Shown piece after piece: positions 12,670 to 24,083 of a DNA stretch of 64,000 nt (position 1 is its first letter; each line of letters starts with the position of its first letter). The notes beneath the pieces are model-generated. The model searched no databases, was not told the DNA's origin, and was given only the letters and a program-made list of their open reading frames with translations. Origin of the DNA: Amoebophrya sp. A120 (lineage: Eukaryota > Protista > Dinoflagellata); assembly GCA_905178155.1 (NCBI GenBank), contig CAJINV010000008.1:372001-436000 (forward strand). Reading direction: 5' to 3'. The translations under genes were made by a program, and so were the position numbers.

Positions 12670-14411
12670 ATTACAAGGGAAAAGACCAAAACACCAGCAC
12701 CGGCAGCACGGCTGCCGCTCCTGCTGGTGTAAAACATGAGACCAGTACGAGCAGCATCCTCTTCACGTCGTCGCAGCAAAACTGGAATTTCGCAAAAGAG
12801 TGGCATGGTCCCGCCCACGCTCTGGTCCGAGGATCGTTTGCATCGTGATAATGTTGTTGATGATGTCTGTACTTTTCGCCAACGTCGGCGCATCTTCGGC
12901 GAACGCACGAAGCATGATACCTGAGTCATTTTTTTTGAAAAATTATAGCAGGACCTTACTTTTATTTCTGAATCGTCCTTCTCCTCCAGTCGCACGGAAT
13001 CCAACTACAGAGGGATGATCACCTAGCAATCAAATTACCTCTTGTGCCCGTGATTTGCTTCGGCGCCCAGTCTCGGGTTTTTTGATAATTCTCAAGATCC
13101 CAGGAAGATGCCTTGGCTGACGTGTCTGGCTCCCTTGTTCGATCGCTGGGCTTCATCAGAAATTATTGAGAGGAAAAATCCCCCCTCCCCATATTGAAAA
13201 GGTATGTTTCCAAAAATTTGTGTTGCGGATTTGAGGGCACAAATCACATCTGTCTTGCAAGAAGACAAGGGCAGAAGCTTCCGCCCCATTTTGGAAGCGA
13301 TTTGTCATGCTGTTGGGCCTCAAGGGGGTCCGTTTCCCTTGCTGAACTGCTAGACCCATACGCCCCTACCTAGCCTGGGGATCTGGCCGCAGTGCCTCTT
13401 TGCAATACAGAGCTGATTTGTGGCCGCAAATCAGCATCACAAATTTCCGTTTTGCTATGGGGAGGGGGGATTTTTCCTTTTGATAGAAATCGCTTCGCTT
13501 TCAGATAAGCATACCGACCTGTCGTAAATAATGATGTGTGCTCGATTTAAAATTGCAGGTGGAAGTGACTCTTTTATATTAATTATAGCACTAGACATGC
13601 GAGAACAATGGAATTGCGATTTTTGCCTTCCCTTTTAGAAGATTCTACTGCGCCATGACAGCTATCAAAGATTCGTGCAAATTGAAATACTATACCCTCG
13701 TATTCGTCTGCTGTGCCTGTATATAGTAGCTCTTCGAGTTCTTTCGGTATTGAGTTGACCCCGGATCGCATTCCGCCGCCTGTCCCATGCGGGTTCTTCA
13801 CGAGGCCCTCCTTCTGCTCGAGATAGTGGTTGTAGGTTGACATTTTACCTGGGCGAAAGAATCAAATCAACACGGAGAGGTGCTTGCAACCACGAGGAGG
13901 ACAAGCAACAAGAAGACAAAAAAAAATGGAAGAAAACGCAGCAACAGCAAGCAAGACCACTGACAACACAAATAGTTCCAGTGTTGTACCGAGTTCTCTC
14001 TGGGGTACGACTCTTCCCGTTTTTGGATCCTTGACAAGTTTGGCGACGTGGAAAAATCTTCGTGGTTCCCGTACTTTGCCCAAAGCTTCATCGATCTTCT
14101 GTTGAAATTTCACCTTCTTCGGATCCGAATTACATCCAACCGATATGACACCTGTTTTTTTTTTTTCGTTTCTAATTTGTGTGACGCAAGGCAGTTGTGT
14201 CTGTGAGCACTCATCAGTGTTTCTAAAACAAGGGTAGAATCAGTGTCGTTTTGCTAGTACTTCCGACTGGAGCGGGTTTCGGCTCTCCACCTTCTTCGAC
14301 GAACCTTCTTCTTGTTAATCGCGTGGCCGGGTGGAGAGAATTCTTCTTTTTTTCTTTCTCGATCAAGTTTTGGTAGCGCAGCATGGCGTGCACATCTTGA
14401 AGGTCCGCCAT
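12670..14411 (-). CDS. Hypothetical protein, possibly SPMIP1/DUF4722-like ciliary protein; multi-exon, 3' end uncertain
   Basis: Exons MADLQDVHAMLRYQNL..., KFQQKIDEALGKV..., and ELEELLYT|GRYAYLKAKRF|LMKPSDRTREPDTSAK. The last resembles the LY.G...GR..YLK.R...P....P.TS motif. Confidence 0.45.
13164..13485. mobile_element. Introner, family A (322 bp), DR GAAAT, opposite orientation to the copies at 3106 and 34327
   Basis: GAAAT(13159-13163) TATTGAGAGGAAAAATCCCCCCTCCCCATAT...ATGGGGAGGGGGGATTTTTCCTTTTGATA GAAAT(13486-13490). Removal gives AKRF-LMKPSDR in frame. Confidence 0.93.
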
Positions 14412-15313
14412 CTTTGCGCTCTGGTGTGTTTCTTTGCGGTCAGTTCTTGCCTTTTCTGCGTGGAACCGACACGCCTTTGCGCGTTGCCGCGCGACAAACG
14501 ATTTCCAAGAAAAACTTCCGCCTTCCTAGTTCACATCGAAACAAAGTTGTTGTTGGAGTTGATGCAACAGGAACAGACACGACACGTAAGGAAGTTAAGC
14601 AAGTCCTCCCGCTCTCCTACTATCTATGCCACTGACGTTGTAGGCACTGTCTTAGGCAGTCAAGCTCCAACTGCAACTCCAACACCAACTCCATCTCTCC
14701 TGTTTGTATCACTATTCAAGAAGTTTGTTTTACGCTCAGATTGACGATCGATGGGTTCACGATCGATGAAAAAGTAGTCGATATCTAACGATATTGGGAA
14801 CATTCACAACTCATAAGCCGAGCGTAAAAGGAAAAGATCAAGTGACGCCTCATGTCTTGCTGTTGTCGCCATACGCGCAAGCATCAGAACAGCACCTGGT
14901 CAGATTGGTCAGTTCTTCTCAAAACCAACGTAGTGCTAGTTGTAGTCATATTTTTGACCTAGGTAAGCCTAAAAATTCTGCAATTGGAGTGTCGGTCGGA
15001 TTCCTTGAAAGTGTGTTTTACTCTGGAGTGTTGAAAGCATCAAAAATCAATTCGAGCAGCAGCAATTTGGAGTTAAGTGTAGTCGAGTATCCTTTGATAG
15101 ATGGCTAGTACTTAGAAATTGAAACAAAGGGATCGAAAAAAGCGATGTGAAAACCTAAAGTCACATGAAGATGCGGTCTGCTAAATACGAACAATAACAG
15201 CCTTGGAATAAACGGCACTCAACTTTCGGGACGACCATTGGCGCCCCCGCCCCCCCAGCTCTTTTACAATTGCAGCAGTAGCGCAGGAAGTAGATGAAGG
15301 TTTCCTTGCTTTC

Positions 15314-16385
15314 TCAGGACAACTCCACCCGGTTCCAGACCCGGATCTCCCAACCGTTTGGGCACCAACAGGCCGCTTGTACAACACTTTCGTACTTGTC
15401 ACTGACTACGGTCTCCTTCATAGCGGTCACCACGGTGTCCCATCCCACTTCGTCGATCAGCGCCTGCAGTTTTTCCAGCTGGTCGGTGTCCCCGTTTTCC
15501 TATCCAGTGTAAAAACGTCCCCACCCCAGAGCTGTCATGCTAAACAAAATGCGACACACTTTGCCCCCCCATTGTACCATGGCCGCAGATGGCTTGACAC
15601 GCAGGGCGGGTGGGTCAGGCGGACACCTAAGTGCCATCACCATCATCTCCCGGCCACTATATCCCAACTCTGATTACGCCACCTTCCATACTGTGCAACC
15701 AACCCTACTGTGCCAACTTGCGCCCAACTTGCGCCCACTTGGCAACCTGCGCACCCCAGAGCTGTCATGCAAATGCGCAATGACAGAAACATTTGTAATG
15801 CGCATCTCCTTGAGAGGCCGCATTACCAGTCGTGTTTTGGAATTTGTACTGCTGTAAACAGGATGAGTAAATGGCTTTCTCTTGCGGCTTTCCTTGCTAA
15901 CCAGCACTACAATGCAGATGAAAACTTGTCATGCAGAACTCCCAAAGCTTGGAGATTTGCGTTGCAGATTTCCCATCTTGACTATGGTGTGGGGACGTTT
16001 TTACGTAGGATATTTCTTGCTCCTTCTTCAATCGCCGATCGATGGCTTTCGCAGCCCGTTCCGCGGGCGTTGGTTCGTCATCCTCGCCTGGATCACAAAA
16101 CTTTACCTCTTGATTCAAAATAAACTCGTCCACAAACTCCTGCAACTTGCGGCCCTTTTCATCCCCCTCGCAAGCATACAGTTTGCGGTCCACTGCCACC
16201 TCGTCCTCGCTCGCGTCGGGGTCTTCTAGCGCGTTTTCGCCGATTTTTCGCGTTTCCTTGAACGAGGAAGTCGCGTCCTCCGTTGCAGTCTCTGACTTCA
16301 CGAACGACGGCACGCTACGCTCCTCTACTCGCAGACGAGCCTGCCAGCCCGCAGACTGAACCTTGCACCCGATATTGTAGCTCAT
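15314..16385 (-). CDS. Hypothetical acidic protein, 2 exons
   Basis: ORF 16385-16005 (...KKEQEISY) splices through GT...AG (16004-15500) to ENGDTDQLEKLQALIDEVGWDTVVTAMKE...VELS*. Confidence 0.6.
15509..16004. mobile_element. TIR element forming almost all of a GT-AG intron (15500-16004)
   Basis: TIR GTAAAAACGTCCCCAC(C/A)CCA at both ends. Internal repeats are CCCCAGAGCTGTCATGC x2 and TTGCGCCCA x2. Confidence 0.8.
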
Positions 16386-17204
16386 TATAGCCTCGGCCGA
16401 ACAAGTAGTAGAGTTCCTGGGTCTCTAAATCAAAGGTCTGGGTCTCTGAACATATTTAGAGGCATACAACCTTCCACTTCTCGGTCGGGCAGAAAGAACT
16501 GAAACAATACTTTTTCCACGCGCTTACTGTATTTTACATTTGACACGACGGGTGGAAACATTCAGTTTCAGATTTATGAAACCACTGGAGCATACGAATT
16601 CTCACACACCCATGAGATATGAACTTGCAAGTGGATATCGTAGAGCCGAAAAGGACCTTAACTCGTCGTATTTGCTTGTGACCACGGACCGATTGCATGA
16701 ATTTGAATACGCATACCACACCGAGAGAAATAAAAACGCATCGCGCGAATGCGACGGCAACCGAATGTTCCCGCAACGAGGCTCAGCAACCGACGAAGAT
16801 GCTAGATTTAGTAGATACAGCAAGACATCGAGAATGATAGCATAACAAAGACGGAATCCTCCACACAGATTCGAAATTATGGCGGCCTAGCTTATGTATA
16901 CTCGTGTTTTTCTTTTCATCACTCCACCATGGCTATACCACAATAAAATCGCATGGCAGGTCATGATGTTGCGTCTCACTTGTAATACTGGTGTCAGTCG
17001 TGAACGAGTACGAGCTGGAATGCGTATCCGCACCATGCTTCTTCGAAGAATCCACGCGCTCAGCATCATCCACCATCTTCGTGATGCAGGTTGAAACGAA
17101 AACCAAAACGAGAGACTTATGACAAGAAACGCGATACTCTATCTTTTTTATCGGTGGTGTTCACCTTCAGTATCAACCCGATGCTGCTCGGCTGGAATAC
17201 GTAC

Positions 17205-18341
17205 TTATTTGTACTTCTGCTGGCCTTCGCCCCGGCCTTCGAAGTACATTTCTTTCTCTCGATCCATTGACTTTTTCCATTCTGCCATTTCTTTCCTGCC
17301 GAACTCTTCAGTGGGTCTCCACGCGCGCCAAACGCGCTCTCCCTCCTCCCAAAAGTGGTTCTCGAGCTCGAAACCGTGAACGTCCTCCGGTCGCCCGGTC
17401 AGCAAGGTCACTCGATCTCTTCGCATGCGAGGAGCATCACATCGAAGATCTTCCTGCTGAGCATCTTCCAAAATTGCGGCGTCAGCTCGTACTAACCGAA
17501 TGGCGAGGCCAACTCTGTCCACATGCTCCTGATTTGCCTGCGAGCTGTGAACCACGAAAAAATTGTGCGCGGAAGCTTCTCCAGGGGCCAATATCGCGGC
17601 AACCGTCGGGAACGAGCGCTCGTCGGTTCTGATCGCCTCCAGCTTGTCCCTCTCAATCGTCTGACCGAATGCCAGCATGTTTCCCTCCTGCCCGACGTTC
17701 TCATCATGCGGAAGCTGTCCCAAGCGATGCGACCCTTCCCGGAACAGCACTGGCCCGGCGCGCTCCGTGACGTCCGAAAATGCCAGCCAGACCGTGACTC
17801 CTTGGTCCCCACGAAATCTGCTGTATGTAGAGTCCTGGTGCCAGGAGAAAAATGCTTTACTCTCCGCGGGTTTCACGCAGAAGTCGGTGCTCCAGATTAC
17901 GACCGGCGTGCTGTGTTTTATTTTGCTTTTACCCGCCTTTTGCTCCTCGCCGTGTTCTACGACCGAGGAGTGCTGTAATTCTCGTTCGTCTTCTGTCAAC
18001 AGCATCGTCTCGGCGTACCTTTTCAGCACTTCGCTGCCCACGAGAAGATCAAAAAGCCATGGCAGAAACAAATGCGCTTTGAACCGCAGCTCAGACCATG
18101 GGGGAGAGCAGGCTGCAACAGAAATGTTGCTACTACTGCCTTCATCATCCGGTGCAAGCGACATGCTGACGGCACCGTTCGCGACTCGCGTTCGGAAACG
18201 CTGATAATGCCAATGAAGAAAATCATTTTCCATAGCGCTTCGCTCGACCATGCGAAAACAGGGGATGCAGCCGGTCCTCTGGTAGTGCTCGACTTTCGCA
18301 CGGTCGACAACATTCTCCTCCTGGAGCGGGGGCGCGTCCAT
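17205..18341 (-). CDS. Phytanoyl-CoA dioxygenase (PhyH) family Fe/2OG dioxygenase, single exon
   Basis: WHQDSTY (HxD), VTVWLAFSDV...GPV.F..GSHR, distal His in VVHSS.AN, and DRVGLAIR. Confidence 0.88.
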   Translation of the reverse strand: MDAPPLQEENVVDRAKVEHYQRTGCIPCFRMVERSAMENDFLHWHYQRFRTRVANGAVSMSLAPDDEGSSSNISVAACSPPWSELRFKAHLFLPWLFDLLVGSEVLKRYAETMLLTEDERELQHSSVVEHGEEQKAGKSKIKHSTPVVIWSTDFCVKPAESKAFFSWHQDSTYSRFRGDQGVTVWLAFSDVTERAGPVLFREGSHRLGQLPHDENVGQEGNMLAFGQTIERDKLEAIRTDERSFPTVAAILAPGEASAHNFFVVHSSQANQEHVDRVGLAIRLVRADAAILEDAQQEDLRCDAPRMRRDRVTLLTGRPEDVHGFELENHFWEEGERVWRAWRPTEEFGRKEMAEWKKSMDREKEMYFEGRGEGQQKYK

Positions 18342-18911
18342 TGACCACTACAACTAATTTTCCATGGGGGACTGCTTTGTGCCTGGGTCAACAGAAGAGC
18401 TTTGAGACGTCAAGCGCAACACCTCTGCCTGAAGCCTGACTTGTGTGTGGCATGTGACAATATTGGGTCCTGTTCGTAATGTGTTGAGGAGAGCCAGAAC
18501 ATCATGAGCCTAGATTTTCTTCGCTAGTTCGTGCCAATGCCGGCAGGAATAGCCGGGAATCAGGAATGAATCAGGATCAGGAATAGCTTCAATATCAATC
18601 CCTCCCAATTCCAAAACAGTGAATGAATTCGTTCTCAACTTCATTTTCAGATGCTTTGTGCACTGTGCTTCTTCCGCAGGAGTGGCATATAGAAGCTCAA
18701 AGTTCACTTCACGTTCACAGACAAGTCGCGGCTCATCATCTTCGTCCATCGTTTTTCACGATCAATGCTTTACGCAAAAAGTGTTCTTACGGCGTCCAAT
18801 TTTATAAAGTTCAAGAAAGTGAACCAAAACTACTTCTTAACCTTAAGTGGAAATAGATGCTCAAGTCTAATCAATTATGTCCTCGCCGGTACTACTGCAG
18901 TGTTCGACCGC

Positions 18912-21900
18912 CTATCTAATGCGCCGTCCGGTGGCTTGCAGACCAGAGCGATCATCCGGGTTCGCGCTAGCGGTACTCCGGCTCGTCGAAGATAGCAGCT
19001 CATGATTGCCAGCAGGCTGTCGGTCGTGCCTTGCCAAGCCGTGTGGCTGCTCTCTGACGGGAATCTGTCTGTGAGCTCTAGCTCGCGGCCGTTCTGGCTG
19101 CCGTGCTGTAGAAAATGCCGCAGCTCCTACCGTTACGTCGGGCGGAAGCGCTTCTGTTGGCTCTATCGCTAGCAGTGTTTCAGGCCTCTGTTCGCTGGAT
19201 GTGGTTGCCGTTGCTCTTGCCGGTTCCTCGGCATTACTATTGACTCTTGGATCCTCTGGGTCTGGCCTACCGCTGCTGCCACTTAATAGCGCGCTCCGGC
19301 GCCGTTTTATGTTCGACATCACTAGAGCGGACACTGCCACCCCAGCTTGTTGCTGCTCCTCGCTCCGAAGGGGCTTCAGTTCTTGAGGTGCTACTTGCAA
19401 TAGTATCTCACCCTGGTCGGCCTGATTTTGCACCGTTTGTTCGCCAACTAAACCATCTTCGCGTCCAGCAGTGCAGTCTTGCTCTTCGTCCAACTTTCGC
19501 CATTCCGCTTGCTCCCATTGGGCTTTCAACTGTTCGACATTCTGATTTTCTCGAAATCGCTGGATTGCGGCACCGGTACCTACCTCAGGCGTGTTCCTGC
19601 GTGTGTGTCTTTTCGCACCGGTCGTGCTGGGAGGATTCAAAGCACGTCCAAACGAGGAAACGCCCACCTCTGCTGAGCCGCCAGCCGCGTCTCTGTGTGC
19701 AGTGACTGAATGTTGTAGTTCGCCGCTGTGCACCGCAGCGTTGTCATCAGCGTCGTTAGCTGCATGAGTGCGTTTTCTCCGTCGCTCGAAAGTTATTCTA
19801 CGCTTTCGGCTTTTGGCGGCCCCGTTTTCGTCGACCTGCTGATCCAGATCCTCTTGATCTCGCTCGTTTCCGGACGTCGAACTGCCATCGCTGCCACCAA
19901 CGCTGTTCTCTTCTTCCGACGCGTCGTAAAGATCCCGTGCCTCGTCTGTGCGGTTGTTCCACCAGCGGTCGCGCAGCGCGTTCAAATCTCTTTGTTTTTT
20001 GCGCGCCTGCTTTCGCAAGTCTAGTACGTCGGCTGGAGCGGCCCTTCCCTGCGCCAGCAGCTCCCCGAGCACATCCTGTGGGTTGGAAATTACGGGCAAC
20101 TTGGGCCCCACCGGCTCGCTTTTTGTCTTGCCGACGGGACTGTCGACGACGCCATCGGATTTGTCGTCGTGATGTTGAGGCACTTCGACTTCTAGCTCAA
20201 CACCAGAATTCCCCTCCTCTGCTTCATGCTTTCCTGCGGCGAAAGTGCTCGTGTTTTTTGTGTTTTTATTTCTAGTTCCTCGCGGAGAAGGTTCTTTTGC
20301 GTTTTTACCTGTCGGAGATTTCTGGTTGTAAGTTTGCTGCTGCTGCTGCTTCAGCTCTTGCAGTCGCTGCTCGAAGTCCGCGATTTGTTTCTCCAAATCT
20401 ACGTTCTGGCCCTGCACCTGCACAAGCTCCTTAAACCGCGGATCCTTCATGGCTTCCATGTCAGTTTGCATCATCTGGGGGTCGACGCCGAGCAAAAGCG
20501 GGCTCGTCATCATGTTTGTCGCATTCGCGATGCCGGGCTGTCCGCCACTAGTATCTGCTGTTCTTGCAGCATGATCTTCTTGCAAAGAAGACTCTACTAT
20601 GGCCGCTGCACCATCGGGATTGCCTGCCTCTCGGGGCCTTGTAGTTCCTGAAAGAAGATCCGCCGCGGTCGCCTCTACTTCGGAGGCATGCTTTTGTTGC
20701 TCGCTATGGTGCAAGGAGGCAGCAAGCATTTCAAGACTGGGTCCGACGGCGAGCTGGAGCTTGCGCGCCTCCGCGTGCAACTTGTTTTGCAAATCGGTGC
20801 GCGTGTAGGTCAACTCCTCCTGCTCTGCCTGCAGCTCCTGCAGGTGCGCTTCCTCGGCTTCCAGGGTGCTCTTCGCGCCGGTGTTCGATAGGATGGGGTA
20901 CTGTGCCAGTTTTCGCTCCACTTCTTCGAGCGTGTCGTTCTTCTGCGTTTCCGCCCTTTTCCGGCTCTCCACGCTTTCACGGGATTGCGCCTCCGCATCG
21001 GCAATGCTGGCAATCAGCTTTTTCTCCGTCTCCGCCAGCTCTTTCAGCAGTTCCTGCTGCTTCTTCTTCATTGCAGTGACTTTTTGCTCGTCTTCGACGG
21101 ACACTTGCGGCCGCACGGCGCCTCCGGTCGTGCCCAGCAGTTGCTGCTGGTTAGCGGTGTTTAAAAACCCTGCGCCAAGCCCCTCGTTTCGGCGTGCCGC
21201 GGCCACGGCCTCCTGAAAGGAAAGCTTCTCGTTCTCAAGATAGGTCAGGGTCTGCTCCGACGTCTGCAACAGCTTCTCAATGCGTTCTGTGTCTTCCTGC
21301 TCCTCTTGCTTTTCCACGTTTTTCTTCTCGATTTCTCGGGGATCCCACTCGGACCTCGGCACGAGCAGCAAATCGTCCGTCAAATACGCGGGTCTCCTCC
21401 TCGACGTCGCACTTATTTTGTTTGCCTCCTGCCGCAATTCCTCCAGCTCCACCATCAGAGCCTGCACTTCCCGCTCCAGTGCGGCAACGCGCTCTTCATC
21501 TGTAGTTGTACTTGCGCCAGTTGTCGCTTCAATTGTCGCAGGCACGTTCCCCGTTCGAGCAGCTTGTTCGCCTGGCTTGTTCATTCGAGACGAGGCGGCC
21601 GCGGCAAGAGAAGCGTTGGCGTTTGCTGCATTAGAATTACTGTTTCCGCCGCCAGCAGCCGAGACGACGTCAGGATTCAACTCTTCAACGATTTCGTGGA
21701 TTTCCTCGGACAACAGCAAGGCTGCGGAGCTGGTTGTTTCCTGCTCCAGCAAGGCGCTTTTCAAAAGGCTCGCTTGCTTTTCCGCGATTTCCAGCCGGGC
21801 GGAGAGCTGCATCACCTCCCCTTGCTGGGTAGAAAGAATGGCCAGGCAGTCCGACGTGCGCACCACGTTCTGCCCCTGCCCATTTTCATTCCCATCGCCC

Positions 21901-23667
21901 TGCTCCTCGTGGCCCAGCCCGACGAGCTGCCGCTTCATGCGCGCCTTCGCTTCCTCCTGCTTCTGCTTGATGCGATTGAGCTCCTTCGCGATCTTTTCCC
22001 GCTCGCGCTCCTCGTGTTCGCGCTCCTCCTGCTTTTTCGACGCTAGCTCCTTTTCGAGTTCGCGCCGCATTTTCTCCTCGAGCTCCCGCACCTTCGCGGC
22101 CCGTGCCTCCTCCGCCCGGCCCTGCAGTTGGCTTTTCAGTACCTGAATCTTCGCGAACCAGCCGTTCAGCGTTGCAAACATCTGCATCGAGCGTTTTTCC
22201 AGCTCCGCGTCCAGCTTTGCCTTCAATCTCTCGATTTCTCCCGTATTGTACCGAAACACGACAGGGCCGGCCGAAGAGGAAGCAGCTGCCGACGTCCCCG
22301 CTGGTTTATTTGTCGCCGCTGGGAGCAGCGGATGTTCTGCGTCGGAATCTTTTTCCATTCTTCTCTTTGTTTCTCCAACAACTGCGACACCAGAAGATGA
22401 TCCGTGGTCTTGCTGCTCTCGGTCGGCGTCCGCCAACGCGGAAATTTCGCGGAGCTCCGCAGCGAAGTCGCGACTCTGGTGCCAGTTCTGAAGCTGGAGC
22501 ATCAAACTCGTGCGCGTGTCGATTGCAAGTCCATCGACCAAATGCTCTATGGTTTTCTCCATCTTCTGCCGTTCCTGCAAATTGTCCTTGCTCCGCTGGT
22601 CGGCTGTTGTAGTACTCAGATTTGTTGATCGAAGCCCCCGGGACGTTCTTGACCCTGCTCTACTTCCTGACGCAGTCTTTCGATGAAACTCACGTTCGTC
22701 TTGGGAGGAACCGTCCGACGATCCGTCACTTTGTTTATCGCTACGACCGCCGAAAGAGGAAAGGGACGAGGTCGTGCTCAAACTCGATTCCTCGGTCGAC
22801 GACGAGTCTGAACTCGAAGACGAGGAGTTATCCTGTGCAAAAGTATCGTACTCGTAGTCATCGCAAACATGCATTACAAATCTTGCTCTTATTCTTAAGG
22901 TAAAACTGCATTACAAATTTTATTTCTCACGCTGGGGAAATTTGTAATGCATTTATACGAGTACGATACTTTTGCAATGCATAGGAGTCTTCGAACTCCA
23001 ATCTGCCGCGCTTCCGCCGCATCGCTTTGGCCACTCGCCGGTCCGTCGCGTGATTGTCTTTGAACAGATTCGTAAGGGTCTTGCACAACCGATCCGAAAT
23101 CTCCGCGAGTCGTGCGTGCGACGTCGACAGTGGTACCAGAACGCTGTTGCGACGCAAATTCATTTGCATCAACTGGCTAGCACGCCTGCCCTGACTCGCG
23201 CGACGTTGACTGCTGTTGTAACCGCTTGAATTTTGCTGTGGTCCTCTCCTTGGTGAGCTTGTGTTCATGTCCCGCCTGCTATCGCCCTGAGTCTTTTGAT
23301 GATCCATTGCGGGAATGTCGACGGCTCCCGACCTCCTAGTTTTTTCACTTATCCGCTGAGACAATAGATTCTCATTCTTTTCTGGTATCGCATGAGGACG
23401 CGCAGTTTGAGCAGGTGCGATTTTGGCCATCAGGTCTTTAGACGGGGCGGCGTGTACATCTTCGTTCGATTCCGCACAGCTGTCTTTTCCCATCGTCCCG
23501 GTCCCCGCAGCAAAGGAACCCGTCATGGCGGCGGATGCCCGCCTCGTTTCCTGCTGCTGTTGCAGCAGGCTCCCACGCCGTGTCAATCGGGGGCTCAAGA
23601 GCTCCATTGTTCCTTGTTCTTGCGTTTCTTTTCTACCAAATAGAAGTTTCTGCCTTTGGCGCTTCAA
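18912..23667 (-). CDS. Large (~1500 aa) low-complexity coiled-coil protein; start approximate
   Basis: The 1320-aa ORF 18912-22874 joins in frame to ORF 22927-23667 once element 22829-22983 plus one DR is removed (LEFED-SSSSSSD). Confidence 0.75.
22829..22983. mobile_element. Minimal introner (155 bp), DR GGAGT
   Basis: GGAGT(22824-22828) TATCCTGTGCAAAAGTATCGTACTCGTA...TACGAGTACGATACTTTTGCAATGCATA GGAGT(22984-22988). It has a 21-bp perfect inverted core plus an ATGCATTACAAAT pair. Confidence 0.92.
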
Positions 23668-24083
23668 TCACGAATCGGCTCGAACGGATATGGAGCGCTT
23701 CGCCGAAGCCCAAGCCGATAGAACTGTTCACCTAGTAGAACACGCACAAAGAAAAATCCTGTCAGGCTAAGCCTGAGGAGTGCTGGGGTCCTCAGCAACA
23801 AACAAGTAAAAAGCTTTGGCCCCACAGCAAAGTTACTTGCTTCTCCAAGCAAAGTTTCGTGCTTCCGGCGATGTTCTTCTTCGAAAAGTTCATTTTTTGT
23901 TTTTTGTCGCTGGTGCTGTTTCGCAAATGTTGAATCATGAATTAGTACATGGCTCGTGGTTCGACGCAAGGTCTTTCTTCACACCCAGCCAGTCAAAACT
24001 TCAACGAAAAGCATAATGTCAGTACATCTCCATCGCAGGTCGGAAAAATTCTAATTGCTCCTATAATGCCTCCTCCATCTTAT

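Noticed and set aside
18510-18749. 79-aa minus-strand ORF starting MDEDDEP
   Set aside because: Plausible small gene or last exon, but there is no recognisable motif to support a call.
19201-22628. Plus-strand ORFs (e.g. 21280-22146)
   Set aside because: Antisense shadows of the real minus-strand coiled-coil gene.
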